Source: Microthyrium microscopicum | Taxonomy: Eukaryota | Direction of reading: 5' to 3' | DNA: 64,000 nucleotides | Assembly (NCBI GenBank): GCA_010405405.1 | Contig: MU004230.1 | Location: 3,382,627-3,446,626 of the forward strand | Shown here: positions 28,101 through 40,492 of the stretch, piece after piece | How positions within the stretch are numbered: position 1 is the first letter of the stretch | How the letters are laid out: the number at the start of each line of letters is the position of its first letter | The notes under the pieces: generated by a model | Databases searched by the model: none | The model's input: the letters and a program-made list of their open reading frames with translations, nothing else | Told to the model about the DNA's origin: nothing | Position numbers and translations under genes: made by a program

Positions 28101-28547
28101 AGATAATTAGCATTCGACTTCAAAATGTGGGAGCTGTTGAGAACACATACCCCCCTGTGAGACTATGATGTGTAGTAGAATAATACTGGCACTGTCTTTG
28201 AGGGGAGCACATTGCCTTGCAACTGCTTATGCGAACATACCAACGGCCATGTAGAGAATTTTTCTTGGCCGAACCATGTTTATCAACCGATCGATATAAC
28301 GAAAAATGGCGACCATCATTTCCTGTTCGGTGGTCGGAGCTGGCCCATCTTCAGGATGGGTACACGGATGAACAATATTGTTCATATCCAGATATAGATT
28401 ATCTATCTCTTCGCCATTTGGATTTGGCTTCAAGATATCGATAGGAATTTCTTGCCCATCGATCTCCTCAACCTGTTCCTCGACGACATGAGTGGAGATC
28501 TTGGGGTATTTCGTGGACAGCCAGCGATAGAAGGATGGGATACCCAT
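25161..28547 (-). CDS. RAT1: Nuclear 5'-3' exoribonuclease Rat1/Xrn2/Dhp1
   Basis: [42 protein letters not shown], zinc knuckle, RGG-rich tail; introns 28098..28240 and 25948..25993. Confidence 0.97.
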
Positions 28548-29340
28548 ATTGGCGAGGGTCGGATTGTTTCGCGCAAAGTGTCGTCGTGCTGGTGATTACA
28601 ATGTTGTTGCGCAAAGCGTGTCGCTAACGATGTTGAGATTCGGTTGTGCTCGGCGCACTTAGAGAACAAAGACGGCACCGCAGCGCATTTCTGGAGGTTG
28701 GTGGAGGAGGTTATTGACCGTGCGTTCCTTTAAGAGCTGGAGTGGGTAAGACAAAGACAAAGAAGAAGCGATGGGTGAGATTGTCTGATGAATGCATGCG
28801 CTGGTAAAGGCAGGAAAAACGTTCCACACTTTGATGCAGGAGCAATGGAGCATTGACCAGTTGGCCTACTGTTTGTATGTAGTCACGTGGCCGGGGTGAT
28901 GCCTTCCTCCATAATCTAGCGCTAGTCTGAAGAAGCCTAGTTCAAACCTTAAAGAGCCGCTGGGTCGGAGTTTCCACATTTAGTTCTGGAACCCTTCAAT
29001 CGGGCTAGATTGAAACTGTCATCACGTGTAAGATGATGGGCGTCCAGGTTTCATGTATCAAGCGTGCAAGGCACAAGGATCTTGGTCAACTCCCAGATGC
29101 GCATGAGAACTGCATCAACCTGCATCTCTCTGCCTTTTTCTACATCATCGTCGCCTCTCGCGTCACACGCGTTCTTCTTGTGAGCTCTTGAGCTTTTTTT
29201 GCTCTTCTCATCCTCTTGCTCTCTCCTCAACCCTCATAACCTACTCTTGCTTGCCACGCTTCTTCCTCCACTCTGGCCTCTTCAACCAGCATGATCGCAC
29301 CCTTGTCCAATTTATCCCGTTGCCCGGCATAACAGTCCAC

Positions 29341-31358
29341 ATGGAGGTTGTTATTGATGAAGACTCGCCTTTGGCGCGCTCTTTACTTGAAGGTAAATTC
29401 CTATTCTATTCATCCATCATTCTGCGCAAGCAATGTCTCGGGCCTCCTCTTGCGTTCTCGACGTCATGGTCATGGCTTCAATTCGCCCTCGGGAATGGCT
29501 CTGTGAAACGAAACTAATCCGATCTTCAGGCAAAGGCTTGGGCCTTGACCAACTGCTCGACGAAACAAATACTTCTTCCGTCTCCGAATCCCCTCAACCG
29601 CAATTTGCGCCGCACCTCAACACTACGTCTACTCTTCAGGACAAGTTGCGAAAGCGATTAGGGCGGCCCTTGAGAATTGCCATACCACATAAAGGCCCAG
29701 TCGCTCGGATACATTTGGCTTGCACAGAGGCTGTGACTTCCAAGCTATCGCACAAAGAAAACGAAAAGTTCCTGGAACACTTTCGTTACACACTCATCGC
29801 CTCGAATCTTCTCAGCGAACAAACGGGACGCGCCCCTTTTCGACCTGCCTTCATACAAACGCCCAATGATACTCAAGGTTCGCATGAGTTGGAACTGCCA
29901 GGATGGACAATTGATGGCGCCATGTGCGCCGTAGGCATACCTGCAATATTCTCCGGATTGATGCGATGGACATTCACTACAGCCTCGATCGCAGTCATTC
30001 TAGGACGACTAATTGTCGTTGTGGTCTTTCTGATGCTTGCTGGGTCTGTTGTCGCTGCACAGTTGCGACGACAGAAACTCCAATCCTTACGACAAAAAAC
30101 GGTGCGAAGTGCAAATATCTCTGCGGCGAATTTTCAAGCTCTGGATCAATCATCAAACGCAGCCCTTACTATGGTTCGAGAGGTAGAATTGATATCAAGA
30201 GGCTATCGGCTGAGCAGTATCAATCTTCCGCCGATCACCATGCTGGATGAAAACACAAACACCTCGCAGTCGCGAAGATGCACCCGAATACGACGATTAT
30301 TATCCCGCCTCTACCTTGATACCATTCCAATCCTCATTGAACTTTGCAACAACTTACAAAGTTTTGTCCCTCAAGACGATTTGGAAAAGTACCTGGACAT
30401 TCACGAAATAGCGGAACCTGACGTAAAAGAGGCGTTTTCGGGTGCGCTCATTTCCGAAATCGACGATCAGGAAAGTCTAAGTGCACTACGAGCAATGCAA
30501 TGGCGCTTCAACACCCTGCGAAAAGTCTTTCTATGTCACCTCCTCGCTCTACCTGCCACTGGTTGTGGGGCTGATATCGTACCGTGGCAAAATGCAGAAG
30601 CGGGCATGGAATCCATTGCTTCAACCACTGGTGAATGGGCTGAAAAAATAAATGAGGTGTTGGGAGAAGACGAAATACCAACGTTAAATCCAACGACTCC
30701 TACCCATCGAAACTCTCCTGAACGCGAGCGATATCGTCAACAATTGCGCAAGACGAATGAGCTGTCGGCTGAATTACGTGCGATGCAAGCGAAATTGCAT
30801 ATACTTCGTGATGACGTGAGTAGAATTCTCGACGGCGAAGCCAATATCAATGCCATCACACCTCTATTCAACTCCCAAGCCGATGCAATCGGACAAGACA
30901 TTCGCCTTTTACAGCAAACTTACGACTCCTGGCGTACCTCCCTTCTTTCTCCTGCAGACAAGTACGATCGGAGACGATCTAGAGCATCCTCCGAGTTAAG
31001 ATCACCTGCTTCTCTCGGCGGTCTCACAGTAGTCGACGAAGGCATCGCCAACGGCCCATCCGACGCACTTCGGGCCCTCACCGGTGTATCTAGTGGATCC
31101 TCTGGAAGCCCCGTCAACAGCAACTCTGACGAAGAAGTCTTCGAAGCCATGGCCCTCCCCCGCATCCGCCGCTCCATGACGCGCGAAGAGAAAATCGCCA
31201 AATTACAAGACGAAGAAGCCCGACGCTCCATAGCCCGCGAACAACGCCAACAAACCTCCAACATGGTTCGCGAGCTCGAGACAGTCATAAACACCCGTTT
31301 CTCCAACCGCATGTCGACCGGCCGTATTCCCCATAATGGTCGCATCACCTCCCTCTAA
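29341..31358 (+). CDS. Vezatin-like protein (VezA-like)
   Basis: Exon 1 MEVVIDEDSPLARSLLE (29341..29392), intron 29393..29529; FLEHFRYTLIASNLL, two TM segments, EVELISRGYRLS, coiled-coil C-terminus. Confidence 0.8.
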
Positions 31359-31941
31359 CACTACATCCTCAACACACCTCTCTTTGACGACACGACGTTT
31401 ATTATCTCATGTTCGACGCTCGCATCAACCATTCTTAATGTACATATATGTCTTACGGCCAACAGCTTTTTTGCAAAATAGAGGATTGACATGACAGGTT
31501 GGATTACATACCCCCTAGTCGGCTAGGTGTTCAGGTTATATATGGGCCGTTGAATGTTTTAAAAGCGGAATATGTTAATGATTCATGGAACTTTTTTGGG
31601 ATACGGCTTTTCTTGCGATGTATATATAGGTTTACCTCTGATGGATAGCATTTAATATACGCGATTTACGCTTACCAGGAAGAACATATTTTCCTATCGC
31701 ACTTTTGATATGATAGCTTTCCCTAATGCCTTGTAGTTCTGTAGTTTGACAAGCAGTTTGGGGGCTGTAAAATAGGCGAAGCAAGAATTGGGCATTGAGG
31801 CTGTGCCCGGTGTCCATATCCAGCTTGGATTCTGAAAAACTTAACACAAGTATAAATGCTGCGAGTCTACACGCTATATCAATCTTTACTACAATCCCCA
31901 TCCTTTCAGAAGAAGAAAACCACAAGGGAACCGTACAAACA

Positions 31942-32436
31942 ATGGCCAGCGAAACCACCCAACCACCCGTCCCATTCGCAGTAATCCAACACTGGTCAAT
32001 CTACGGCCAAAGAGGCGAATCATCCACATCAACACCACGCGCCACAAAACCAGACGGAGCGCTCGAAATGACTAAGCCAACATCTTCACCCTGGGACCTT
32101 GTCATTCCACAGTCTGAAATTGTCAAAGTCCTAAATGGGTTTGATAGTCAGCAAATGGAAGATAAATGGGATGTGTACACCACCGGTCCTGATGTCAAGG
32201 GCGTAGCTGTGGTGCATATGTTGAGGAGTTGGACGGGGTTCACGATGGGAGAGGTTAAGGTTCAGCTTCCGGTGGAGGATGATGGGAAGTTGTTGGATGG
32301 CGACGCGGTTTGCACGGAGATCGTCTGGGATGCGGGGAATGAGGCGTATACGGAGACGATGTGTAAGGATATGGCGAAGGGGGTGTGTGAGTGGGTGTTG
32401 GGTGTCAAGTTTGCTGGAGAGAGTGTTGATGGATGA
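31942..32436 (+). CDS. Intronless 164-aa hypothetical protein with GF..QQMEDKW...HMLRSWTG motif
   Basis: Clean ORF with a good start context (ACAATGG) and a TATAAA at about 31851. Confidence 0.7.
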   Translation: MASETTQPPVPFAVIQHWSIYGQRGESSTSTPRATKPDGALEMTKPTSSPWDLVIPQSEIVKVLNGFDSQQMEDKWDVYTTGPDVKGVAVVHMLRSWTGFTMGEVKVQLPVEDDGKLLDGDAVCTEIVWDAGNEAYTETMCKDMAKGVCEWVLGVKFAGESVDG

Positions 32437-33191
32437 TGGAGGTGTTGAGAGTCGAAAGTTGTGGTTGCCGTAGAGGAGAGCAAATAAATGTATATGAGAC
32501 AACGACTTGGAGTGTTAGGTTGGTTTGAATTGGCGCAAGCTGACCGAATATATCAGTATGTCGACTTTCCTCAAAGGTATCTCTACTTAGCCTTGAATTT
32601 GAATTGATAATGATATGAGTAAGGAAAGAAACTGCAGGTCGGCATAACCAGATATAAACATTTACTCGTACGTACCTATGGAGCAGGGCCTTAACCACAG
32701 CGTCCATGTTCAGGAATCAGATGTACTTAAACCTACCTTCATGCGGTCAACACACTCTTTCGGTTCAGTTGGACATATCGCTGGCAAAGCTAACCAATCT
32801 TGCTCTGGTTATTGTGTTAGCAGGCATGTAAAGCCACCTAAAGCTCAGCCTGATAACACAAGTACCTCCTGATTTAATAAGTAATATATGAGACTATTCT
32901 CGCGGTTTCATGCTCTCGTGCTCTTCCACGTCTCTCTCGAATTTCTACGACCAAGTTCTATCTGATCCAGATCATCGCCGGCTGATAAAAATCACACTGT
33001 GAGCAACGTTTCAAGTTCGAAGCCTGATAAACTTTCAAGACGCAGTGAGAATCATATCATCAGGCTGTACAGTTGCCCAATCAAGCCTTTGTTCAGCCTT
33101 GCTCCAAGATATTCCATTCCAGCCAAAATCACAAATCTCCAAGCCAACTAAGGATACAGCCAATATTGGAAATCAATACCGCGAGCTGTCG

Positions 33192-33230
33192 TTTTCGGTC
33201 CCTTGAATTTTCGGTTCTCAAGTTTTCGGT
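33192..33230 (+). promoter_or_regulatory. Three direct TTTTCGGT repeats upstream of the AAA ATPase gene
   Basis: Exact 8-mers start at 33192, 33208 and 33223. Confidence 0.45.
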
Positions 33231-33302
33231 GGTCGAACAAAATACCTGTTAGTTCCGTCTATCAAAAAACATCAGTCACCCACATCCAAAGCATTCGCAT
33301 CG

Positions 33303-36300
33303 ATGGTAGAACTGGAGGAGAGCGCCCAGGCGCTTACTCGTGATGCACCTTGGGAGGCCGAGGGAACAACTAGTAATGTAACTCCAGATGGCTGGACAAA
33401 AGATGCTCAAGGGTGTTGGATTCCTCCTGAAAATTGGAAATACGATAAGCGCTTGAAACGATGGCAAAAAGCTTCCGACTGTAGATACTGGACCACGACC
33501 GGGAGATGCAACTACGGAAAAAGATGTCGCAATTTGCACGCACCCTCGAAGAAAGGCAGTCGAAAGAACAGCAAACAAAAGAAGGATACCAACGGTCTCA
33601 CTTTTGGTGCTCAAGTCTCACCCGCTGTCCATGGTTGGGATTCTTGTTGGGAAGCCTCGCCCGTTGCCGATGGTTGGGATAGCTCGCCCGCTATCGATGA
33701 TTGGGAAGCCTCACCAAACCCCGATCAAAAGGCAAAGAAGAAAAGCGACTTGTCGACATATAAGACCGCGGATGAAGTTCTCGAGGCTATTCTGGAAATA
33801 CCAAACATGACTAAATTTGAGGAGACCTTCACCAACATTAAAAAATTCATCAACATTCTCCTGCTACAAGGTTTGAATTTCCAAAAACGTCGCTCAGATA
33901 TGCATGCTCTTCTAGTATACGATTCGACAGAGCAAGCTCTCGAGTTTGCCAAACTGTACCACGAGCTACTCAAACTATGGGGGTTTTTGGACAAGGACAG
34001 CAAATTTCGAACACTGGACAAAAACTTCAATTGCTGCTTCACATTAGAAACCGCCAGGAACACTGATCCCTGGGGTTCGGGAGGACGTTGCACGTACGGT
34101 GCAACGCCAGCGGTCACTCCGGGACCTGGCATACTATTCCTAAAGAGCTCCAGCAAAGCATTATGCGCTTACGGCAAGGTTCGTCTACGAGAAGCTCTGA
34201 ACACTGGCAATGATCAAATCGTTGTCTTTGGCTGTGCGCACGAATCGAGTCTTGACTCGCTTGGTCTCAGCGAGGACCAGTTCGGAATACGCATGAAGCC
34301 ATACGAGGACGGGTCCAACGATATGATAAGCATTATCTTGGATCAGATCAAATTGACTCTGGCCAAGGATTACAAAAACCCATGGACAATTGAAGGTGGT
34401 GTAGATGGCGAGTATATCAGATTGGTTGCCGAACGAATTCTAAGATTGAAGGAGACAAACAACAGAAGCATGGATGAGAATGTGCGTTCAGCTCTGAAAC
34501 CAGTGTTTGGCAGACAAATACAGCGTTTGTTGAAGCATGATGAGGGCGATGAATCTGTGCCAGATCCGCTTTATATCTCACGCGGGGACATTATCGGCTT
34601 CGAGCCGGACATCTCGAAGATCAAATCCAAGGCTTGGGATGAGCTTCAAGAAATGGTAGGCATGGAAGAAGTGAAGGCATCGCTGAAATCCTTCTGCAAT
34701 GGTTTGCTTGTGAACTTTCATCGAGAGCTTCACGGAAAGAGACCGCTAAAGACTGGGCTTTCACGAGTATTTATTGGCCCACCAGGAACTGGTAAGTCCA
34801 TCTTTTGCATCTCCCATGGGCCTCAAAGCTTCACTCTTTTCTGCCCATATGCTAATTACTGCGCAATGTCCAGGAAAAACAACGGTAGCCAAGATATATG
34901 GTCAAATTCTCAGTGACTTCAACATTCTGAGTTCCGGAGAAGTAGTTGTCAAAAATGCTAGTCACTTTATTGGACAGTATATCGGTCAGTCTGAGAAATT
35001 CACAAAAGAAATCATCGAAGAAGCTCGTGGCAAAGTGCTCCTTATCGATGAAGCATATATGCTCAACTCTTATCGTAGTTCTGCTGGCAATGGACCATGC
35101 CCATATCGCCAAGGCGTGCTGGATACCATCGTCGGCGAGGTACAGAATACTGCCGATGATAACATCTGCGTTATCATGTGTGGTTACAAGGAAGAGATGG
35201 AAAATATGCTTCAGGTCGCCAACCCGGGTTTGGCACGGCGCTTTCCTCTAGCTGATGCTTTCTATTTCAAAGAATTCGACGACTCACAATTGGAAATGGT
35301 GCTGGACCTCAAGATGAAGCAAGAAGAAACGGAGATGACTTCAGAGGCAAAACGAGTTGCAATGGAAAACCTACGACTTGCAAAGCTTCGACCAAATTTT
35401 GGCAACGGTGGAGAGGTTGTGAACATGATGGCACGAGCAATGGCAAACTATAGAACCCGATTCGGGGATCTCAAACCTGAAGAACGAACAGGAGATATTT
35501 GCTTCCTACCTGAAGACATCGATCCCAACCACACGAGAAGCGATGAAGCCGAGAGCAAAATGACCAAGATGTTTGAGGATTTTGTTGGACTTGATTCTGT
35601 CGTTGACAAATTACGATCACTCGCTCGTCAAGCTGCATCGCTACGAAAACGAAAATTCAAACCAGAATTATCCATGCCATTCCAATTTGTCTTCAAAGGA
35701 CCACCCGGTTCCGGCAAGACTACAACGGCGCGAAAGCTTGGAAGCATCTATTACAACATGGGTCTTCTTCCAACGGAGGAAGTTCTAGAGGTTTCAACCT
35801 TGGACATGGTCGCCGACCACGTTGGAGGTACTCGGACAAAAACACGAAAACTGATGGAGCAAGCTGTTGGTAAAGTGCTATTCATTGATGAAGCCTATCG
35901 ACTGTTCTCTTCCGATCAAGACTCGAAATTTTCTGGTGAAGCAAGAGACGAGTTGATCGACGCCATAACCAAACCGGAACTCAGAAACAAAAGTCTCATT
36001 ATCCTCGCTGGCTATGACATGGAGATGGACAAGCTGCTCTCTTCAAATCCAGGATTTCGTGGTCGGTTTAGGACGCAGTTCAAGTTCCCAAGTCTTGATA
36101 GCGATGTCTCATATGAGCTATTGATCAAACGCCTCAAACAAAGCGTTGATATTGGCGCATTTGCAGACCAGGAGAAGACGACAATTCGCGAGCTTCTCGA
36201 AGCGCTTCAGAAAAGTGAGGGCTGGGCCAATGGAAGAGATATCGAGTCCATTTCTTATGAGATTGTTGGGCAGGTCTTCGAAAAAGATTGGGATGACGAT

Positions 36301-36414
36301 GAGACGCCAACGGTGATCGCAAACGACGTGATGCGTGTTCTACGTAGTCGACTACCTCCTAATGTCTTAACATCCGGCCGGTCGGATATACCTGATGCAG
36401 AATTGTATGACTAG
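33303..36414 (+). CDS. CCCH zinc finger plus CbbX/SpoVK-type multi-AAA+ ATPase
   Basis: C-x8-C-x5-C-x3-H at 33480..33539. Intron 34792..34873 restores GPPGTGKTT. Walker B LLIDEAY, NPGLARRF, NFGNGG; second module GPPGSGKTT, LFIDEAY, NPGFRGRF. Confidence 0.88.
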
Positions 36415-36462
36415 ATCGGATCATTCTCTATAGACTCTGGTTCTGGCGCAATAACCTTGTCA

Positions 36463-36694
36463 TGCGCTCAACCAGTGGACAAATTAACTGGCGTGCTCAA
36501 AATAACTTCAATGGCTCCCGCCAACGCTTCCAAATAGCAGATACTATAATTCCCATCATAATCGATCGATAGTGGTAGAACAAACGTAGTCCTTAGGAAA
36601 TAAAACACTCGATAACAAAGCGTAGCAGATGGGAGCCATAGAGTAGAAGTCGATGGGGGCACGCCAGCTATTTTGTCCTTCAGTTAGCGCTCAG
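36463..36694. mobile_element. Fold-back (MITE-like) element, copy 1
   Basis: Inverted arms GGACAAATTAACTGGCGTGC / GCACGCCAGCTATTTTGTCC; the interior aligns with copies 2 and 3. Confidence 0.75.
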
Positions 36695-37098
36695 GTTGAT
36701 TATCAGCTTCCTTAGCTGTATTGATCAATCAAGTTATTTTGCTGTCGTGTACGTTATGAATATTTTCTGATCAGCTCTTCTGTATTGCAAATCTTTAAAG
36801 CAGGTGGTTGTTTTGTACCAAGTGATGTAGATGCAGGACTAAATTGGACCAAGTTCCGAAACTCAATAACGGATATCGATATAGGCTGTTGTTAATCTAT
36901 CGACATCACTATTTGATCAACCAATAATCTCAAAATCACATATTGGATAGGGCCGATTCGGATTCTGAGCCGGCAGTGCACTGTGCAATTCGCAACGTAA
37001 TCTCAAGTAATTTCTGGATCCGCAAGATACAAAAGTAACTGCATCTCTGCCAAAGCGTGTCATTTGCGCTGCGACATTCGTTCTTTTTTCGGTTCAAG

Positions 37099-38171
37099 AT
37101 GCGGTCTTTACTTGCTATTCTCTCAGTGACCTGGCTGGCAACAGCTCAGACACCCCCAGCAAAAAGCGATGGACAATATGCTGGTGGAATCTTTTCCATT
37201 CCTCTCTCAGATGTTCCTAAATATGCCGCGAAGACAAAGATGGGACGAGCAACGGAGGCTAAAAGTGGTGGAGCCAAGACTTCAGGCTCGGGTCCATATC
37301 CAGCCAAAGGAGCAATGGATACAAGCATTCCAAATCATACCGTTTACGCACCAATCGCTAAACCAAACATCACTATGCCGATAATAGTATGGGATAATGG
37401 AGGCTGTGGAACAGATCCAACCCAATTTGGAAACTTCTTGACTGAGGTTGCGAGTCACGGCTATGTCATTTCGGCCGTTGGAAAGGCGGGTGGACTGGGC
37501 AGACAAAGCAAAGTTCAAGACAACAGAGATTCAATCGAGTGGGCATTGAAGGGTTCAGCCGCCAAGTATGGTGAGGTTGATACTACTAAGCTCATTGCTG
37601 CCGGTCAGAGCTGTGGTGGTTTGTCTGGTAAGTTTCATGTCCTATAGACACTGCGATATAGACTAACATCTCAATAGCTTATAGTACTTCTTACCGTAAG
37701 GATCACGATTCTAATAGATCTCTACAATTTCTCACAAAGTATAGATGACCCCCGGGTTAAGTTGCTCATGCTGTTCAATGTTGGAATCTTCGATGATGCC
37801 AAGAGATATCTCATCAAGGAAATCAAGACACCAATCGGATATTTCCTTGGTGGTGTTACTGATTTCGGAGCTCCTGGAGTCAGTATATTTGTGCTAATTA
37901 GCTTTGGCTTCTAAACTGACATCTTGAAAAGGCAGAGAAAGACTATGTCGAACTCCCAGCAGGCGTTCCAGCATGGAAGGGCAACCTCGATACAGGCCAT
38001 GGCGGCACTTACAGCGCTACAAACGGTGGAAAGATGGGCATTGCTGCAGTTGACTTCCTACAATGGCAAATGCGAGGCGATGCCAACTCCAAAGCAAAGA
38101 TGCTGGACCCAAAGACAGCTGGCAGTCTCGTCTCTCAGAACTGGAAAGTTGAGTTCAAGAACTGGACATAG
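37099..38171 (+). CDS. Secreted alpha/beta-hydrolase (chlorophyllase/cutinase-like fold)
   Basis: Signal peptide; EVASHGY, GQSCGG nucleophile, GGVTD, GHGGTY. Introns 37628..37677, 37696..37744 and 37879..37931, with an 18-nt exon between the first two. Confidence 0.88.
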
Positions 38172-38778
38172 AAGTTTCCTAGATGCTGTTTTTACACCAC
38201 AATTAGACAGTAATGAAGTAATTCATTCTCTATTCCTTTGATGAGATGGATTTCTCGTTTTCAAGAACTTGATGTCTTCTACTCTCTCATCTTCCTAGAT
38301 TTCTCACTTAAGGTCTATCGTTCCTGCCAATGGGGAGCGTGAGTTTCTCAGATAGGAAAGTGCAGTGCAGGAATTCACTGATTCAAGGCAGGAGCACTTC
38401 GCGGCCCCAAATCGCACCCACAACAATAAATCCAAACCTCGCACCGGATTTCCACAATTTCATCTTTAGGCGCTGCCTGTAGTCTTGACTCTCGACTTTG
38501 AAGAGGCTTCCACGATGTCGGATTTCGGTGACAAGATGGAGTCAAGGTAACGTTTCTCCAACCTACCAAAGACCCGGCCCACTCCCTAACGCATCATCGC
38601 GCAAGCCGTATTCTTCGCCGTAGATGCTAACCTCACCAGCTCGCCACCTCGACTACAGCAGATAAATGAGCAGCAAAGTAATCGATTTCCACTCCATCTC
38701 GATCAATGGCCACAATCAAACCCGAGCGCTTCTCCATCGAATTTGCCAAATCAGGCTCTCAATCCTACTGACCGCGAC

Positions 38779-39627
38779 ATGCATCCCGACATGTGGCTCG
38801 ATAACTCTGTAGTTTCATCCTCCGTAGTCACTCCCAGTGAATCGGAAAGCGGGGCCAGCACCAATAGCTGGGTTGATGGCAGCGACGTTGAATCCACGGA
38901 GTCCGACTCCAAGGGTGCTGAAGATATGGACACTCCCAATCTTCCAATCCTCTCCGTCGATGAAAAGAAGACCTATCAGCGCATGGAGAGCTCAAAACTT
39001 GCCCCAATCCGAGATGAAGTAGACGGAGTTTATCGATGTCATCGATGCGCCTTTGAGGTGGACCATGGAGAATGTACGGGCTGTCTGACCCATTATGAAG
39101 GATATATTATTGATGAAGGCTATCCTCTTCGAGAGGTTGATAGTGAGAGGTTGTTGGAGCACCATCATGAATTCAACAACGAGGATGTGGACAGTCACAT
39201 TACGCACAAGGGAAAAAGCAGAGTTACTCCCAATCAGAGAGACTTGGAAGCACACAGTCTGGACGTCGAGAGGCCCATTTCAAAGGATCTGTATATTGAC
39301 GACACCGAAGTCCCAAATCAACGAGACATCGAGTCCAGCTCAAGCGTACTCGACACCTGGCTTCGCCGTCTAAAGCCACGACTGAAGCGCCTCAGCCAGA
39401 ATACTTTGTCCCAAGCCAACAACTTCCTGACCTCCACGTCTGAAAAAGATAATCTGGAGCTTACAAGAGAAACATACAAAACTGACAAGAAAGCCATCAC
39501 TGGCTTACGACTTGAACGTTGGGGTCACGAACTTTTCAAGATCCAGATGAAGCAACAATATGAGGAGATGCGAGAAACCATTGAAACTCTGAAAAGGGAA
39601 ATCCGAGGCTTGAAAGGAGAGTTGTAA
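38779..39627 (+). CDS. Hypothetical protein with Cys4 motif (DGVYRCHRCAFEVDHGECTGC), acidic segments and C-terminal coiled coil
   Basis: Long open frame; first in-frame ATG is at 38779, start uncertain. Confidence 0.65.
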   Translation: MHPDMWLDNSVVSSSVVTPSESESGASTNSWVDGSDVESTESDSKGAEDMDTPNLPILSVDEKKTYQRMESSKLAPIRDEVDGVYRCHRCAFEVDHGECTGCLTHYEGYIIDEGYPLREVDSERLLEHHHEFNNEDVDSHITHKGKSRVTPNQRDLEAHSLDVERPISKDLYIDDTEVPNQRDIESSSSVLDTWLRRLKPRLKRLSQNTLSQANNFLTSTSEKDNLELTRETYKTDKKAITGLRLERWGHELFKIQMKQQYEEMRETIETLKREIRGLKGEL

Positions 39628-39908
39628 CTTCAGAGGGTAAATCAGAGCATCCAGTGATGCTCCGGAGGCAGGACCGAGATATGGGATCTAATGTGCTACG
39701 ATCATGCCTTGACAGCATTGTGTACATATTATCTGTATGGTAGATTCCATGATTGGAAACCATTGTAGCTGTATTGGGTGGTCTCATACAATTGTCAGCC
39801 ATTCCTTCTTTCTGTATTAAGGATTCTTCTAACCTCGATCTCTACGGTATCTGTGAGTCCTGAAAGTTAACTTTGTCCTGTGACTTCTATTTCAGCAAAT
39901 AAAAATTC

Positions 39909-40125
39909 GTTGGGACAAAATAATTGGCGTGCCCCCATCAACTTCAAATGACTCCCATGAACGCTACTAAACCGAAGATGCTATATTTTCCATCGCGTTT
40001 GATGAACGGTGCTAGTATTAACGCCCTTTATGGGAAAGTAAGCACTCGATAGCAAAGCGTGTCATGTGGGAGTCATCAAACTCGATGGGAGCACGCCAAT
40101 TATTTTGTTCACTGATTGAGCCTCA
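39909..40125. mobile_element. Fold-back (MITE-like) element, copy 2
   Basis: Arms ACAAAATAATTGGCGTGCCCCCATC..ATGACTCCCA / TGGGAGTCAT..GATGGGAGCACGCCAATTATTTTGT; same orientation as copy 1. Confidence 0.8.
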
Positions 40126-40492
40126 CTCCTGTCCGCTCAAAAGCTGACATGAAAGCCCACTAGTCCCGTTCAATACCGACTTTGAGCTGGACTTTCACTT
40201 AATATGTAGAATGAGGAGCATAAAAAGCCCCCTCGTAAGTCGAATCTCCATCACCACGACATCATCATCTCTTCCAAGGCACATTTGACTCCCTCGACGC
40301 CGTTGGGATCATCCTACAAAAGCCTGCTCAGACAGCTAGATTGATCAAGCGAACGCCAGGTATGATTTCCAAGGACTCAACTAAACCAGTCTCCCTCAAC
40401 ATTCTTGCCATATAGTAACCAATTTAGCTGCAGGCCATAACCTTGGTACTTTAAGCAAAGAACCACCATCAGAAATCCTTGCAAGCTCCGAC

